Assembly: GCA_963845535.1 (NCBI GenBank)
Contig: CAWJSK010000019.1
Coordinates: forward strand, 158,088-222,087
Reading direction: 5' to 3'
Source of the DNA: an uncultured Spirochaetota bacterium
Lineage (GTDB): Bacteria; Spirochaetota; Spirochaetia; SZUA-6; Fen-1364
Length of the DNA stretch: 64,000 nt
The stretch's first letter is position 1, and each line of letters opens with the position of its first letter. Position numbers and translations under genes: made by a program. The notes beneath the pieces were generated by a model. It saw only the letters and a program-made list of their open reading frames with translations. It searched no databases and was not told where the DNA came from. Positions 11,307-23,673 of the stretch are shown here, piece by piece.

Positions 11307-11641
11307 ACAAGCTCGCCGCGCTCACCTTCACGCCGGAGGGGGAGATCAACGAAGAGGCCGCCTCCTGGGTCCTCTCGAACCTCACCCGGTCGCAGTTGAA
11401 GTCCTACCTGGCCGCGCTGCGCAGGGAAATGCGTCGGCGCCGGGTGTACGTGGCGCTCTCCGGAGGCACGGAGAGCGAGGTGAGCGGCGCCATGAGCGAG
11501 CGGTATCCGGGCAAGGAGCTTGCAGTCTACCGGGATGACGGCCTGGGCGCGGGAGTCAAGATCAGCGCGGGGGACGACATTGTGGACGCGAGCGTCAAAG
11601 GCTACCTCAAAGAGCTTTTGGGAGAGATTTCAAAGGGATGA
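11303..11641 (+). CDS. atpH: F0F1 ATP synthase delta (OSCP) subunit, short form (112 aa) matching only the C-terminal domain of canonical delta
   Basis: The C-terminus LGAGVKISAGDDIVDASVKGYLKEL matches the delta C-terminal IRAGDMVIDGSVRGRLERL region. GTG start overlaps the atpF stop (GTGA). Stop overlaps the atpA start (ATGA). Canonical delta is about 175-180 aa. Confidence 0.7.
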   Translation: MNKLAALTFTPEGEINEEAASWVLSNLTRSQLKSYLAALRREMRRRRVYVALSGGTESEVSGAMSERYPGKELAVYRDDGLGAGVKISAGDDIVDASVKGYLKELLGEISKG

Positions 11642-13155
11642 AAGCTGAAGACCTCGTCAGGCAGTTGGAGGAAAAGCTCCAGGGCGCGGAAGTGCGTCCG
11701 GCCGTCGCGAACGTTGGGCGCGTCGTTTCGGTGGGGGACGGAATCATAAAGGCGGACGGCCTCTCCCGGGCCGGCTACGGTGAGCTGGTCCAACTTTCCG
11801 ACGGACGCCAGGGGCTCGTCATGAGCCTGGATGAGGATTTCGCCTCCATCCTTCTCCTTTCCGAAGATTCCCGGGTGTCCGAGGGCGCGGAGTTGAAGAC
11901 CACGGGGACGCTCCTTTCCCTCCGCGTTTCCGATGATCTTTTCGGCAGGGTCATCGATCCGTTCGGCAGTCCGCTGGACGGACGACCCCTGTCCGTTACC
12001 AACTACACGGCGCTTCCCCTCGAGCGCATTGCCCCGGGGGTCACGCAGCGCGCCCCGGTTGAAGTCCCGTTGAAGACGGGAATCAAGGTGGTGGATGCGC
12101 TCACCCCCATTGGCCGTGGCCAGCGGCAGCTCATCGTCGGAGACCGCAACACGGGAAAGACTGCGCTCGTGGTCGACACGATCATCAACCAGCGCTCCCG
12201 TGACCTGGACCTGCCCCAGGTGGTCTGCGTGTATTGCGCCATCGGGCAGAAAAGGGGCTCGATTGCCCGCACCATCGCAAAGCTCGCCGAAGAACGGGCA
12301 ATGGGCTACACCATCGTCGTGGCGGCCAGCTCTTCCACTCCGGCGGCAATGCAGTATCTTGCCCCGTTTGCGGCATGCGCAATCGGTGAATACTTCATGG
12401 AGAAGGGGATGGACGCCCTCGTCGTCTATGACGACCTGTCCAAGCACGCATGGGCGTACCGGCAGCTCTCCCTCCTCCTGCGCCGGCCCGCAGGCAGGGA
12501 GGCCTACCCGGGAGACATCTTCTACCTGCATTCGCGCCTCCTGGAGCGCGCCGCAAAGCTTTCCAAAGCCAGGGGCGGCGGGTCTTTGACGGCGCTGCCC
12601 ATCATCGAGACGCAGGCAGGCGACATTTCCGCCTATATCCCGACCAACGTCATTTCCATAACGGACGGCCAGATATACCTGGAAACCGATCTTTTCAACG
12701 CGGGTCAAAGGCCGGCGGTGAACGCCGGCCTTTCGGTTTCCCGTGTTGGCGGAAAGGCGCAGTCGAAATCCTTCCGTCAGGTTTCCGGCCTCATGCGCCT
12801 GGAGCTGGCCCAATATCAGTCCCTCGCGGCTTTCTCCCAGTTCGGTTCCGACCTGGACGAGGCCACCCAGAAGAGGATCAACCGGGGGAAGCGGATCGTG
12901 GAGATCCTCAAGCAGCCTCAGTTCTCTCCCCTCGGCGACGTCGAGCAGGTCATCAGCATCCACGCGGCGGGCTCGGGCTTGCTGGACGAGGTCCCCCTGG
13001 AAAAGATCACCGAGTTCGAAAGCAGGGTCATGGACCACCTGAACACGACCCATGCCGATCTCTGCCAGAAGATAAAGAGCGGAGCGCGCATGGAAGACTC
13101 CACGGTGAAGGAGCTGAACGAAGCCATCACCGAGTTCGCCAGGACCGTACGGTGA
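11638..13155 (+). CDS. atpA: F0F1 ATP synthase alpha subunit
   Basis: 505 aa. Walker A (GDRNTGKTA) plus the characteristic alpha motifs. Confidence 0.95.
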   Translation: MKAEDLVRQLEEKLQGAEVRPAVANVGRVVSVGDGIIKADGLSRAGYGELVQLSDGRQGLVMSLDEDFASILLLSEDSRVSEGAELKTTGTLLSLRVSDDLFGRVIDPFGSPLDGRPLSVTNYTALPLERIAPGVTQRAPVEVPLKTGIKVVDALTPIGRGQRQLIVGDRNTGKTALVVDTIINQRSRDLDLPQVVCVYCAIGQKRGSIARTIAKLAEERAMGYTIVVAASSSTPAAMQYLAPFAACAIGEYFMEKGMDALVVYDDLSKHAWAYRQLSLLLRRPAGREAYPGDIFYLHSRLLERAAKLSKARGGGSLTALPIIETQAGDISAYIPTNVISITDGQIYLETDLFNAGQRPAVNAGLSVSRVGGKAQSKSFRQVSGLMRLELAQYQSLAAFSQFGSDLDEATQKRINRGKRIVEILKQPQFSPLGDVEQVISIHAAGSGLLDEVPLEKITEFESRVMDHLNTTHADLCQKIKSGARMEDSTVKELNEAITEFARTVR

Positions 13156-13165
13156 GAGGACGCGG

Positions 13166-14049
13166 ATGCCGCAGAACCTCAGGACTCTGAAATCCAGGAT
13201 ACGCACGGCAAAGAACATCGCCCAGCTCGCCAAGACGCTGGAGATGGTCTCCGTGGCCAAGATCCGCAGGGCCCGCGGTCTCGCGGAAACCGTACGGCCG
13301 TACGCGGAAAGGATCACCTCCCTTGGTGACACGGCGCTTCGAAGCGTGGCCCCTGGTGAGTATGTGCATCCGTATGTCGGCCCACGGCCAGGCGCGCCAG
13401 CCGGGGCTGCCCAAGGGACCCGCATTCTTCTGGTGGTCGGTCCCGACAAGGGCTTGTGCGGACCGCTCGTGTCGAACCTCATCCGGAAAATGATCGATGT
13501 GGACAGCGCCGACTCCCAGCTCATCACGGTGGGGAAGCGCATGGGGGCCTCCGCGGCAAGGGTTGCCGGAAGCCGCCTCATCGCTTCTTTCCCCGTGGGC
13601 TCGAGGCTTCCGGAGTATTCGCTCGTCTACGAGCTGGTCCTGGCGATCAACGGGCTCATGCTTTCCGGGAAAGCAACCAGACTGGACGTCCTTTACACGC
13701 GGTTCGTCTCCTACTTCACGCAGGTGCCGACCCTGGATCACGTGCTCCCGCTTGTCCCGTCGGAAGCCGCCCAAGCGCCTGCTGAGCCGGAGAGCCAGCG
13801 GCCCCACACAATCGAGCCGGACCTTTCCGGGCTGCTCGACGCGCTTCTCCCGCATTACCTCGAGGTGCGCCTTTTCGACGCGGTGATCCAGGCGTATTCC
13901 TCCGAGCACGGGGCGCGGATGGTCGCCATGCAGAATGCAAAGAAGAACGCGCTGGAGATAGCGGATTCCTTCACCCTTTTGTACAACAAGACGCGCCAGG
14001 AGAGGATCACGAACGAGATCCTCGACCTGGCGAACACAGGAAAGAGCGC

Positions 14050-14053
<4 letters not shown>
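13166..14053 (+). CDS. atpG: F0F1 ATP synthase gamma subunit
   Basis: 295 aa. N-terminus (LRTLKSRIRTAKNIAQLAKTLEMVSVAKIRRA) and C-terminus (FTLLYNKTRQERITNEILDL) are hallmark gamma helices. Confidence 0.9.
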
Positions 14054-15866
<1,813 letters not shown>

Positions 15867-15872
<6 letters not shown>

Positions 15873-15972
15873 CCACGGATGGCGGAGGGCGAGCGTAGGC
15901 CAGGGACGGCCGTGCGAGCCCCTAGCCACGGATGGCGGAGGGCGAGCGTAGGCCAGGGACGGCCGTGCGAGC
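15867..15972. repeat. two perfect tandem copies of a 53-bp unit (CCCTAGCCACGGATGGCGGAGGGCGAGCGTAGGCCAGGGACGGCCGTGCGAGC); the first copy contains the atpC stop codon
   Basis: Direct read: copy 1 is 15867-15919 and copy 2 is 15920-15972. Related to the repeat at 16754-16850. Confidence 0.9.
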
Positions 15973-16054
15973 CCACAAGCCTAGAACCATCCTTGACGTT
16001 CAAGGCCAGCTGACTGATATTGATCTCGGAACGGTGGAGAAAAGAGGGTAGCAC

Positions 16055-16759
16055 ATGAAAACGCAGGGAGTGCAGCAGGATCTTTTCGATCTTTCGTCGC
16101 CGCAGACGCAGCAGGCCATGAGGCACCATCTCCTGGGAGAGCGGGAGGAAGCGGAAAAAGCCTTCGAGAAGCTCCTCAAGGCCGACCCGGACAACTACTT
16201 TTTCCATTACCTCCTTGGGGAGAGCCAGTACTCGCTTGGCCGTCTGAACGACTCGGTGCGTGAGTACCAGAAAGCAATAGAGTTGAAACCCGATTTCGGC
16301 GTGGCGTACTACAAGATGGGGGTCTGCTACCATCGTATGGGCCAGCTTGAAAAGAGCCTGGAAAGCTTCACCGCCATCCTGAAAATGCCGGGCCAGGGGC
16401 ACGCGATGGCCAGTTACTTCGTGGGCCTCATCAACCAGTTCCTGGGAAACGACCAGGAAGCGGAGGAAGGATTTCGAGTCCTGCGCGGCGCTTCCCGTGA
16501 GTCCCTGATTGCCAACTACTATCTTGCCCAGCTCAAGATCAAGCATCATCGCTACCAGGAAGCCCTGGATCTCCTTGATGAGCTCCTGGCGGCAACACCG
16601 AACCTTGCCGAGGTGCATTTCCAGAAAGGCGTCGTGCACATGGGGATGCACAACAACATGGAGGCCATCCGCTGCTTCCGCAAGACCCTCGAGCTGAACC
16701 CGGATGACGCGCGCGCCCGCGGCAACCTCGAGCTGCTGACGGAAGTGCCGGAGCCCTAG
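16055..16759 (+). CDS. tetratricopeptide-repeat protein
   Basis: 234 aa with several 34-residue TPR-like units (AEKAFEKLLKADPDNYFFHYLLGESQY..., AIELKPDFGVAYYKMGVCYH..., LELNPDDARARGNLE). Own promoter-like site (TTGACG, 16 bp, TGATAT) and SD (AAGAGGG) upstream. Stop TAG lies inside the downstream repeat. Confidence 0.75.
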   Translation: MKTQGVQQDLFDLSSPQTQQAMRHHLLGEREEAEKAFEKLLKADPDNYFFHYLLGESQYSLGRLNDSVREYQKAIELKPDFGVAYYKMGVCYHRMGQLEKSLESFTAILKMPGQGHAMASYFVGLINQFLGNDQEAEEGFRVLRGASRESLIANYYLAQLKIKHHRYQEALDLLDELLAATPNLAEVHFQKGVVHMGMHNNMEAIRCFRKTLELNPDDARARGNLELLTEVPEP

Positions 16760-16850
16760 CCAGGGATGGCGGAGGTTGGCCGAGGCCAGGACGGCCGAAA
16801 GGCCAACCCTAGCCAGGGATGGCGGAGGTTGGCCGAGGCCAGGGAGGCCA
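16754..16850. repeat. second tandem pair of a related ~53-bp unit (CCCTAGCCAGGGATGGCGGAGGTTGGCCGAGGCCAGG...) containing a GGCCGAAAGGCC hairpin; it provides the TPR gene stop and the GGGAGG upstream of fumC
   Basis: Copy 1 is 16754-16806. Copy 2 is 16807 to about 16850, with its 3' end diverging into the fumC start. Shares the 5' core CCCTAGCCA[C/G]GGATGGCGGAGG and GGCCAGG with the 15867 repeat. Confidence 0.85.
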
Positions 16851-16857
16851 GATTGTG

Positions 16858-18261
16858 ATGCCGAAAGTAAACGAGACGTTCAGCACGGAAACAGACAGCC
16901 TTGGGGACGTGAAGGTGCCTTCCTGGGCTTGCTGGGGAGCGCAGACGCAGCGGGCGGTGGACAACTTCTCCGTCTCGGACCTGCGCATTCCCGTGCCGCT
17001 CATCAAGGCCCTGGGGCTCGTGAAAGAGATGGCTGCGGAGGTCAACCACGGCCTCGGTCTCCTTGACGAACCGATCGCAAAAGCCATCATGCAGGCGGCT
17101 CGCGAAATGGCGGAAGGCAACTGGAACGATCACTTCCCCATCGATGTTTTCCAGACAGGGTCAGGGACCTCGTGGAACATGAATGCGAACGAGGTGATCG
17201 CCAACCGGGCCAACGAGATTCTCGGGCATCCCCGGGGGGTCAAGAAGCCGGTCCATCCGAATGATCACGTCAACCGCGGGCAATCCTCTAATGACGTCAT
17301 CCCTACGGTGATCAGCATGGCGGACAGGGAGGAAGCGGGTGAGGCCGCGCGTGCCCTGGGCTTGCTGCAGGAAAGCCTGGAGAGAAAGTCCAGAGAGTTC
17401 ACCTCTGTGCTCAAGATCGGCCGCACGCACCTGCAGGACGCCGTCCCCATGACGCTGGGCCAGGAGCTCTCCGGATACGCGCGTCAGGTGGAGAAAGGCC
17501 GCGAGATCCTGGAGCGTTGCTTTCCCAATCTGGAGGAGCTTGCCATCGGCGGCACGGCAATCGGGACGGGGCTCAACGCGCATCCTGATTTTGCCGCGCG
17601 CGTCGTCGTCGGGATCGCCGCGAAAACAGGGATCCCGTTCCGCGAGGCAAAGAACAAGTTCGAGGCAATCGGCGCGCGAGATTCCCAGGTGGAGCTGATG
17701 GGCGCGCTGACGACGATCTCCGTGTCACTGACCAAGATCGCCAACGACCTTCGCCTGCTGGCAAGTGGTCCCCGCACCGGCCTCGCGGAGATCATCCTTC
17801 CGGCCCTTCAGCCGGGAAGCTCCATCATGCCGGGCAAGGTGAATCCGGTCATCCTGGAGATGACCATTCAGGCCGCGGCCCACATCATGGGATCCAGCCT
17901 CAGCGTCACGATGGGAGGGCAGACCGGCCCGCTCGAGCTGAACATGATGCAGCCCATCATCGCCTGGGAGACCTTGAGCTCTCTGTCCCTTCTGAGGCGC
18001 ACCGCCATCGCGCTTGCCCAGAGGTGCATTGACGGCATCCAGGCTGACGTGGAGAGAAGCAGGGAGTGGATCGAGCGCAGTCTGGCCCTTGTGACGCCGC
18101 TTTCCCTCCGGGTGGGCTACGACAAGGCTGCCAAGCTCGCGCAGAAGGCGCTGGCGGAAAACAGGACTGTCCGCGAGGTGGTGATTGCCGAAGGGATCCT
18201 CACCGCGGAGGAAGCGGACAAGCTCCTGGACCCCAAGGGAATGCTGGGACCGAAAGCCTGA
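16858..18261 (+). CDS. fumC: fumarate hydratase class II (fumarase/aspartase family)
   Basis: The GSSIMPGKVNP signature, KVPSWACWGAQTQRAVDNF N-terminal motif and QSSNDVIPT are all present. The ORF track start at 16819 lies inside the repeat. ATG 16858 (MPKVNETF...) gives a FumC-length 467-aa protein. Confidence 0.85.
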   Translation: MPKVNETFSTETDSLGDVKVPSWACWGAQTQRAVDNFSVSDLRIPVPLIKALGLVKEMAAEVNHGLGLLDEPIAKAIMQAAREMAEGNWNDHFPIDVFQTGSGTSWNMNANEVIANRANEILGHPRGVKKPVHPNDHVNRGQSSNDVIPTVISMADREEAGEAARALGLLQESLERKSREFTSVLKIGRTHLQDAVPMTLGQELSGYARQVEKGREILERCFPNLEELAIGGTAIGTGLNAHPDFAARVVVGIAAKTGIPFREAKNKFEAIGARDSQVELMGALTTISVSLTKIANDLRLLASGPRTGLAEIILPALQPGSSIMPGKVNPVILEMTIQAAAHIMGSSLSVTMGGQTGPLELNMMQPIIAWETLSSLSLLRRTAIALAQRCIDGIQADVERSREWIERSLALVTPLSLRVGYDKAAKLAQKALAENRTVREVVIAEGILTAEEADKLLDPKGMLGPKA

Positions 18262-18329
18262 CGGCCGCTATTCTGCACGGGGTCTTTCCGGTGAGGCAGG
18301 GCTGAGGGCGCCCGGTCACGGCTGGGCCG

Positions 18330-19787
18330 TCACGGCCCCGTGAACAACCCAATCAAGGAAAGCATGGGGCTCGGATACAGGCCGAGGGCTACAACCACCA
18401 GCGTCAGGACGGCGATGGCAACGCCGGCGACCATGGGTGGTTGAGCTACGGCAGTTTCCGGCGCGCCCTCCCTCTTTCGAAACATCGCCGAGACTATCCG
18501 CAAGTAGTAGAAAACCGATATCGTTCCGTTGACGGCGAGCAGGATGATCAAGGTCCAGAGCTGGCCCCCGGCTCCCGCGCTCAGGATGATGAACTTTCCG
18601 ACAAAACCAGCCGTCAAGGGAAGCCCCGCCAGTGACAGGAGGGACGCGGTGAAGACGCCCGCCAGCCACGGGGAGCGGGCGGCGAGACCCGTGTAGTCAT
18701 CCACCATGTCCGCTTCCTTCTCCGGAGTGGACAGGGCGGCCACTACGGCGAATGCCGCCAACGTCGTGGCGAAGTACGCCACGAGGTAGAAGGAGACCGC
18801 GCGCGCGGCAAGCGTGCCTCCGGCCACAAAGGCAACCAGGAGGTACCCCAGGTGCGCTATCGAGGAGTACGCGAGGATCCGCTTGACGTTGTTTTCCCGA
18901 AGAGCCAGGAAGTTGCCGACAAACATGGAAAGCGCAGCTATGATCGTGAAAACCCAGGGGAATGCGGCCCCCGAGCCGCCCGGCGCGCTAAATGAGTCCG
19001 CGCCAAGAGGGAGGAATATCCTGACGAGCAGGACGGCAACCGCGCCCTTGGACACGGTGGCAATGTAGCCCGTCACGGGGGCCGGAGCGCCGTCATACAC
19101 GTCCGGGGTCCACAGGTGGAACGGCACCACGGCGAGCTTGAACCCCAGCGCCACGATGATCATCCCCATTCCGACCACGGCGAGGATTCCATCAGCGCTG
19201 CTTGCGCCCCCGGCCGACCCGAGGGCGATTTTTCCAATCTCCATGCTCCCGGAAGCCGCGTAGAGGAGGGCCATCCCGAAGAGAAGGAAGGCGGAGGTGG
19301 CCCCGGCCAGGACAAGGTACTTGATGCCGGCCTCCGCGCCGGCTCCGCGTTCCCGTTTCCACGCGATCAGCGTGTACAGCGACACGCTGAGCAGCTCCAG
19401 CCCCAGGAAGAAAGTGGCGAAGGCGCTCGCCGCGGCAAGGACCATCGCCCCCAGGGATGCCAGGAGCAGGAGGAAGTAATACTCTCCGCGGGCTTCCTCA
19501 TGCCCGCGGAGATACGCCCAGGAGCTCGCGGTTACGAACACGCTGGCGGCAAGGACGAGCCCCATGCCGAAGATCACGAACCTGTCGAAGGTGAGGAGGC
19601 CGCCAACGTCGCGCGGCGCCCAGGTCCATGACAGCCCGAGGGCCGCCAGGGCAACAACGAAGCCTCCCAGGGTCAGGCCGGCGGCAAGACCGTGACGCCG
19701 GACAAACGCCGCGGCGAGCAGCACCAGGATCGAAACAAATCCGATGACCAGCATGGGAAGAAGAACGAGGACGTCCTGAAGGCTCAT
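18330..19787 (-). CDS. nuoN: NADH-quinone oxidoreductase subunit N
   Basis: Polytopic antiporter-like subunit. ATG 19787 (MSLQDVLVLLPMLV...) overlaps the nuoM stop (ATGA). The track's upstream extension is an artifact. Confidence 0.85.
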   Translation of the reverse strand: MSLQDVLVLLPMLVIGFVSILVLLAAAFVRRHGLAAGLTLGGFVVALAALGLSWTWAPRDVGGLLTFDRFVIFGMGLVLAASVFVTASSWAYLRGHEEARGEYYFLLLLASLGAMVLAAASAFATFFLGLELLSVSLYTLIAWKRERGAGAEAGIKYLVLAGATSAFLLFGMALLYAASGSMEIGKIALGSAGGASSADGILAVVGMGMIIVALGFKLAVVPFHLWTPDVYDGAPAPVTGYIATVSKGAVAVLLVRIFLPLGADSFSAPGGSGAAFPWVFTIIAALSMFVGNFLALRENNVKRILAYSSIAHLGYLLVAFVAGGTLAARAVSFYLVAYFATTLAAFAVVAALSTPEKEADMVDDYTGLAARSPWLAGVFTASLLSLAGLPLTAGFVGKFIILSAGAGGQLWTLIILLAVNGTISVFYYLRIVSAMFRKREGAPETAVAQPPMVAGVAIAVLTLVVVALGLYPSPMLSLIGLFTGP

Positions 19788-21283
19788 GCGCCACCCCCAA
19801 CCGTAGCGAGCACCCCGGTTACCGCCTGGTCCACCACGCGCAGGATGGGCTGGGGGAAGAGCCCCAGCACCACCAGGAGCGCAATCATGACGTACAGCAC
19901 GCCGGTTTCCAGGACAGAGAGGTCCGGAAACACCCATTTTTCACGCGGGCTTCCGTGGAAAGCAAGCTGGATCATCCGAAGCGCATACACCATGGCGATC
20001 ACGAGGCCGACGCCCCCGAGCACTGCCACCACGACGCTTACGCGATACGTCCCCAGAAGGACGAGGAACTCCGAGACGAAGTTCACGAGCCCTGGGAGCC
20101 CCACGAGGGCCATTGCAAGGACCATGGCAGCCGCCCCCATTCGGGGCGCCTGGCGCCATAGCCCGCCCATGCGGTTGAGGTCACGCGTGTGGATCCTGTC
20201 CTGCAGGAACCCGACCAGGATGAAAAGCGCCCCCGTGCTGATCCCGTGGCTCACCATCTGCAGGACGGCGCCGGAGAGGGCAATGCTGTTGAACACGTAA
20301 ATCCCCAGCAGGACGAACCCGAGATGGCTTACGCTCGTGTAGGCCACAAGGCGCTTCATGTCGGTCTGTCCGAAGGCCATGAACCCGCCGTACAGGATCC
20401 CCGCCACGGCCAGGGCGATGGCGATGGGAGCGAACTGCCGCGAGGCGGCGGGAAAGAGGGGGATCACGAAACGGATGAAGCCGTACCCTCCCGTCTTCAG
20501 GAGGAGGCCCGCAAGGATCACGCTGCCGGCGGTGGGCGCTTCCGTGTGGGCGTCCGGAAGCCACGTATGAAGAGGGAACAGGGGGAGCTTGACCGCGAAG
20601 GCGGCGAAGAAGCCGAGCATGAGGAGCATGCCAATGACGGGTGAAAGGCTTGTTCCGAGCAGATCCCGGTAGTCGAAGGAAAGCGTTCCGCTTGCCATCC
20701 CGTGGACCACGGCCAGGCCGATGATGGCCACGAGCATCAGGAGCCCGCCGATCTGCGTGAAGAGGAAGAACTTGATGGCCGCCTTGTGACGGTTCTCATG
20801 TCCCCAGAGGTCTATCAGGAAATACATGGGGATGAGCATCAACTCCCAGAAGAACGCGAACAGGAAGAGGTCAAGGGCAAGGAATACGCCGTTGACCCCC
20901 GCGAGGACCAGGGAGAGGTTGAGGTGGAAGAAACCGACCCGGTCACGAATACCGGTCCACGAGGCCAGGACGGACATGATCCCGAGGAACGCCGTCAGCG
21001 CGAGCATGATCAGGCTGAGGCCGTCCAGGCCAAGGGAGAAGGAAATCCCGAGGCTCGGGATCCACGGCCATTTCTCCAGCGCAAGCCATGGCGGAGCGGC
21101 CGGCTGCATCTGGAGCGCACCCGGGAGGCCGTAGTAGGCCACCCACAGAAGCGCAACCAGGAGCAGGTTGACAATGTTCGCCGACAGGGCGAGCCAGCGG
21201 CTCACAAGGGGATGCCGCGGGCCGAACGCCCAGCCGACAAGCCCGAAAAGAAGGGGAATGGCGATGATTACGACAAGGATCAT
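19784..21283 (-). CDS. nuoM: NADH-quinone oxidoreductase subunit M
   Basis: Polytopic antiporter-like subunit. ATG 21283 ([18 protein letters not shown]...) overlaps the nuoL stop (ATGA). Confidence 0.85.
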   Translation of the reverse strand: MILVVIIAIPLLFGLVGWAFGPRHPLVSRWLALSANIVNLLLVALLWVAYYGLPGALQMQPAAPPWLALEKWPWIPSLGISFSLGLDGLSLIMLALTAFLGIMSVLASWTGIRDRVGFFHLNLSLVLAGVNGVFLALDLFLFAFFWELMLIPMYFLIDLWGHENRHKAAIKFFLFTQIGGLLMLVAIIGLAVVHGMASGTLSFDYRDLLGTSLSPVIGMLLMLGFFAAFAVKLPLFPLHTWLPDAHTEAPTAGSVILAGLLLKTGGYGFIRFVIPLFPAASRQFAPIAIALAVAGILYGGFMAFGQTDMKRLVAYTSVSHLGFVLLGIYVFNSIALSGAVLQMVSHGISTGALFILVGFLQDRIHTRDLNRMGGLWRQAPRMGAAAMVLAMALVGLPGLVNFVSEFLVLLGTYRVSVVVAVLGGVGLVIAMVYALRMIQLAFHGSPREKWVFPDLSVLETGVLYVMIALLVVLGLFPQPILRVVDQAVTGVLATVGGGA

Positions 21284-23323
21284 AGCAGCACCGCCGCGGC
21301 AATCACCAGGGCGGCTCCCGCGGCCACTCCAGCCGCATACCAACGGACCCTGCCGTTCTGGGTCCAGCGGAACGCACGGGAGAACAGCATGCTCAAGCCT
21401 CCCACGCCGTCGGAGATGCGGTCCGCAACGTCGCGCTTGTTCACGTCCCAGAGCCAGACGAACGGACGCACGATGGCGCGGTCATACAGCCAGTCGAACC
21501 CCATCCCGCCGGAGAAAAATCGGACAAACGCCGGGCGCGCTGTCGGGGCTGCCGCCGGTCCGGAGCTGCCCAGACGACAGTTACCGCCGCGCTGGTGGCA
21601 GGCGCGGGCATCTGTGTCACCATGCGGACGGCGCGCCGGGAGACAAGCCACCCCACCGGGATGCCCAGGAGGGAGACGGCTTCAGAGATGATCTGCAGGA
21701 TGCTGTCCGTGGAAAGCGGCATCTCTGCCGCGCGCGGGCCGGCGGGAAGCGCCGTCTCCAGGAAGCGCGTGATGAAAGGACTTCCCCCGAGGGTCCTCGG
21801 CAGGTCCAGAAACCCGCCGGCAACGCACAGCACCGCCAGTATCAGGAGTGGCACGCCCATGATGACGCCCGCCTGCCTTCCGTCACGGCCGGCCGCGAGG
21901 CCCGCCTTGCCGTGTGCTCCGCCGTGAGGGGCGTCATCGGCCGTTTCGTCGGCGGCCGTGCCGTGGCCGGGCCGGCCTCCCGAGGCTTGCCGCCAAACAC
22001 CGTGAAGATGAGCCGGAACGTGTACACCGAAGTGACGAAGACCCCGAGGACGCCGAGCACCCACAAGATGCGCCCGCCGCTTCCCGACTCCCACACGCGG
22101 GAGAGGATCAGCTCTTTGCTCGCAAAGCCCGCCGTGGTGGGCGGGAGAGCGGTGAGGGCCAACGCGCCCAGGAGGAACGTCCAGAACGTGTACGGAGATT
22201 TTCGGGCCAGCCCACCCATGGCGAAGATGTCATGCTCATGGTTCATGGCCAGGATGAGGACTCCCGCGGCAAGGAAGAGGAGGGACTTGAAGAACGCGTG
22301 CGTGACGAGGTGGAAGATGGCTCCCGACCAGGCACCCACCCCAAGGGCAAGGAACATGTAACCGAGCTGGCTCATGGTGGAGTAGGCGAGCACGCGCTTG
22401 ATGTTCGTCTGAGCGAGCGCGCTGAACCCTGCCACGAGGACCCCGCTGATCCCGATGATGGCCGTTGCCGTCATGACCACCGGTGCGAGGGTGAAAAGAA
22501 CATGGGTCCTCGCTATCAGGTAGACTCCGGCCGTCACCATGGTGGCCGCGTGGATCAGGGCGCTCACGGGAGAAGGGCCGGCCATTGCGTCCGCGAGCCA
22601 CGTCTGAAGCGGAAGCTGGGCGGACTTGCCCACGGCGCCGCCAAGGATCAGCGCCGCCGCCGCAACGGCGATTGCGGAGCCCGGAGCCCATGATGAGGCG
22701 GCCTTGCCGGCCACGGCGGCGATATCAAGCGTTCCCAGGTTCGTTGCAATCAGGAAAAGCCCGATGAACAGGGCAACGTCGCCCACGCGTGTGACAATGA
22801 ACGCCTTTCGCGCCGATCTTCCGTTCTCCGGGTCCGTGTACCAGAACCCGATGAGGAGGTAGCTGCACAAGCCCACTCCTTCCCAGCCCAGGTACAAGAG
22901 AAGGAGGTTTCCCGCCAGCACAAGGAGGAGCATGGAACCGACGAACAGGTTCATGTACGCGAAGAACCTGCTGTACCCTTCTTCTCCGCCCATGAAACGC
23001 ACTGAGTAGAGGTGGATCAGGAAGCCGATGACGGTGACGACAAGGATCATGACCGCTGACAGCGCATCAAGGGTGAGGGAGACGCTCGGAGAGAACCCTC
23101 CGGCGCTCACCCACTGCCAAAGCGTTACGGTCACCGAACCTCCCGAAGGGGGTGAGACCCAGAAGAGCCAGACCGCGGCGGCGGAAGCGAGCATCGAGAG
23201 CCCCACGGAGCCCGTGCCAACGGCGGCAACACCGGCGGAATGCATCCGCCCTCCGAGCATGGCAAGGATGAGAAACCCCAGGAGCGGAAGCGCCGGTATC
23301 AGCCACATCCAGCTCATGATCAT
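21280..23323 (-). CDS. nuoL: NADH-quinone oxidoreductase subunit L, with two apparent single-base frameshifts (near 21965-21978 and 21575-21610)
   Basis: N-terminal 2/3 is in ORF 21842..23323. The middle ([24 protein letters not shown]...[10 protein letters not shown]) is in ORF 21441..22094. The conserved C-terminus ([18 protein letters not shown]...[21 protein letters not shown]) is in ORF 21280..21651. The three frames are different but colinear with E. coli NuoL. Confidence 0.8.
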
Positions 23324-23673
23324 GCGTTCCCTCCGCGAGCAAGCTTGTGCGGCTCGTCGCGGACCTGCGTGCCGCCGACACCGAACGCGTCTGAATCCAG
23401 GTCCTTGCGCCGGCTGTACAGAAGGAGGATGAGCGCAAGACCAACGGCCACTTCCGCGGCAGCCATGGAAAGAAGGAAGATGAACATCACCTGGCCGTCA
23501 GCCTGGCCCCAGCGGGAGCCGGCCACGATGAACGCGAGTCCCGCGGCGTTGAGCATGATTTCCACGCACAACAGGATGAAGAGCAGGTTGCGCCGCACGA
23601 GCAAGCCGACGAGCCCCAGGAGGAACAGCGCTGCGGCAACCGCAAGGCCGTATTCAAAGGGAACGGATGCCAT
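23320..23673 (-). CDS. nuoK: NADH-quinone oxidoreductase subunit K (4L)
   Basis: 117 aa, three transmembrane helices ([19 protein letters not shown]...[13 protein letters not shown]). Confidence 0.85.
   Translation of the reverse strand: MASVPFEYGLAVAAALFLLGLVGLLVRRNLLFILLCVEIMLNAAGLAFIVAGSRWGQADGQVMFIFLLSMAAAEVAVGLALILLLYSRRKDLDSDAFGVGGTQVRDEPHKLARGGNA

Noticed and set aside
18262-18329. A possible terminator between the convergent fumC and nuoN
   Set aside because: There is a GGGCCG-TCA-CGGCCC dyad, but the loop is only 3 nt and no U/A tract follows on either strand. Not convincing as an intrinsic terminator.
21168-22693. Plus-strand ORFs of 397 and 259 aa across nuoL
   Set aside because: Antisense artifacts rich in Arg/Gly/Pro. 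The minus-strand NuoL homology is unambiguous.
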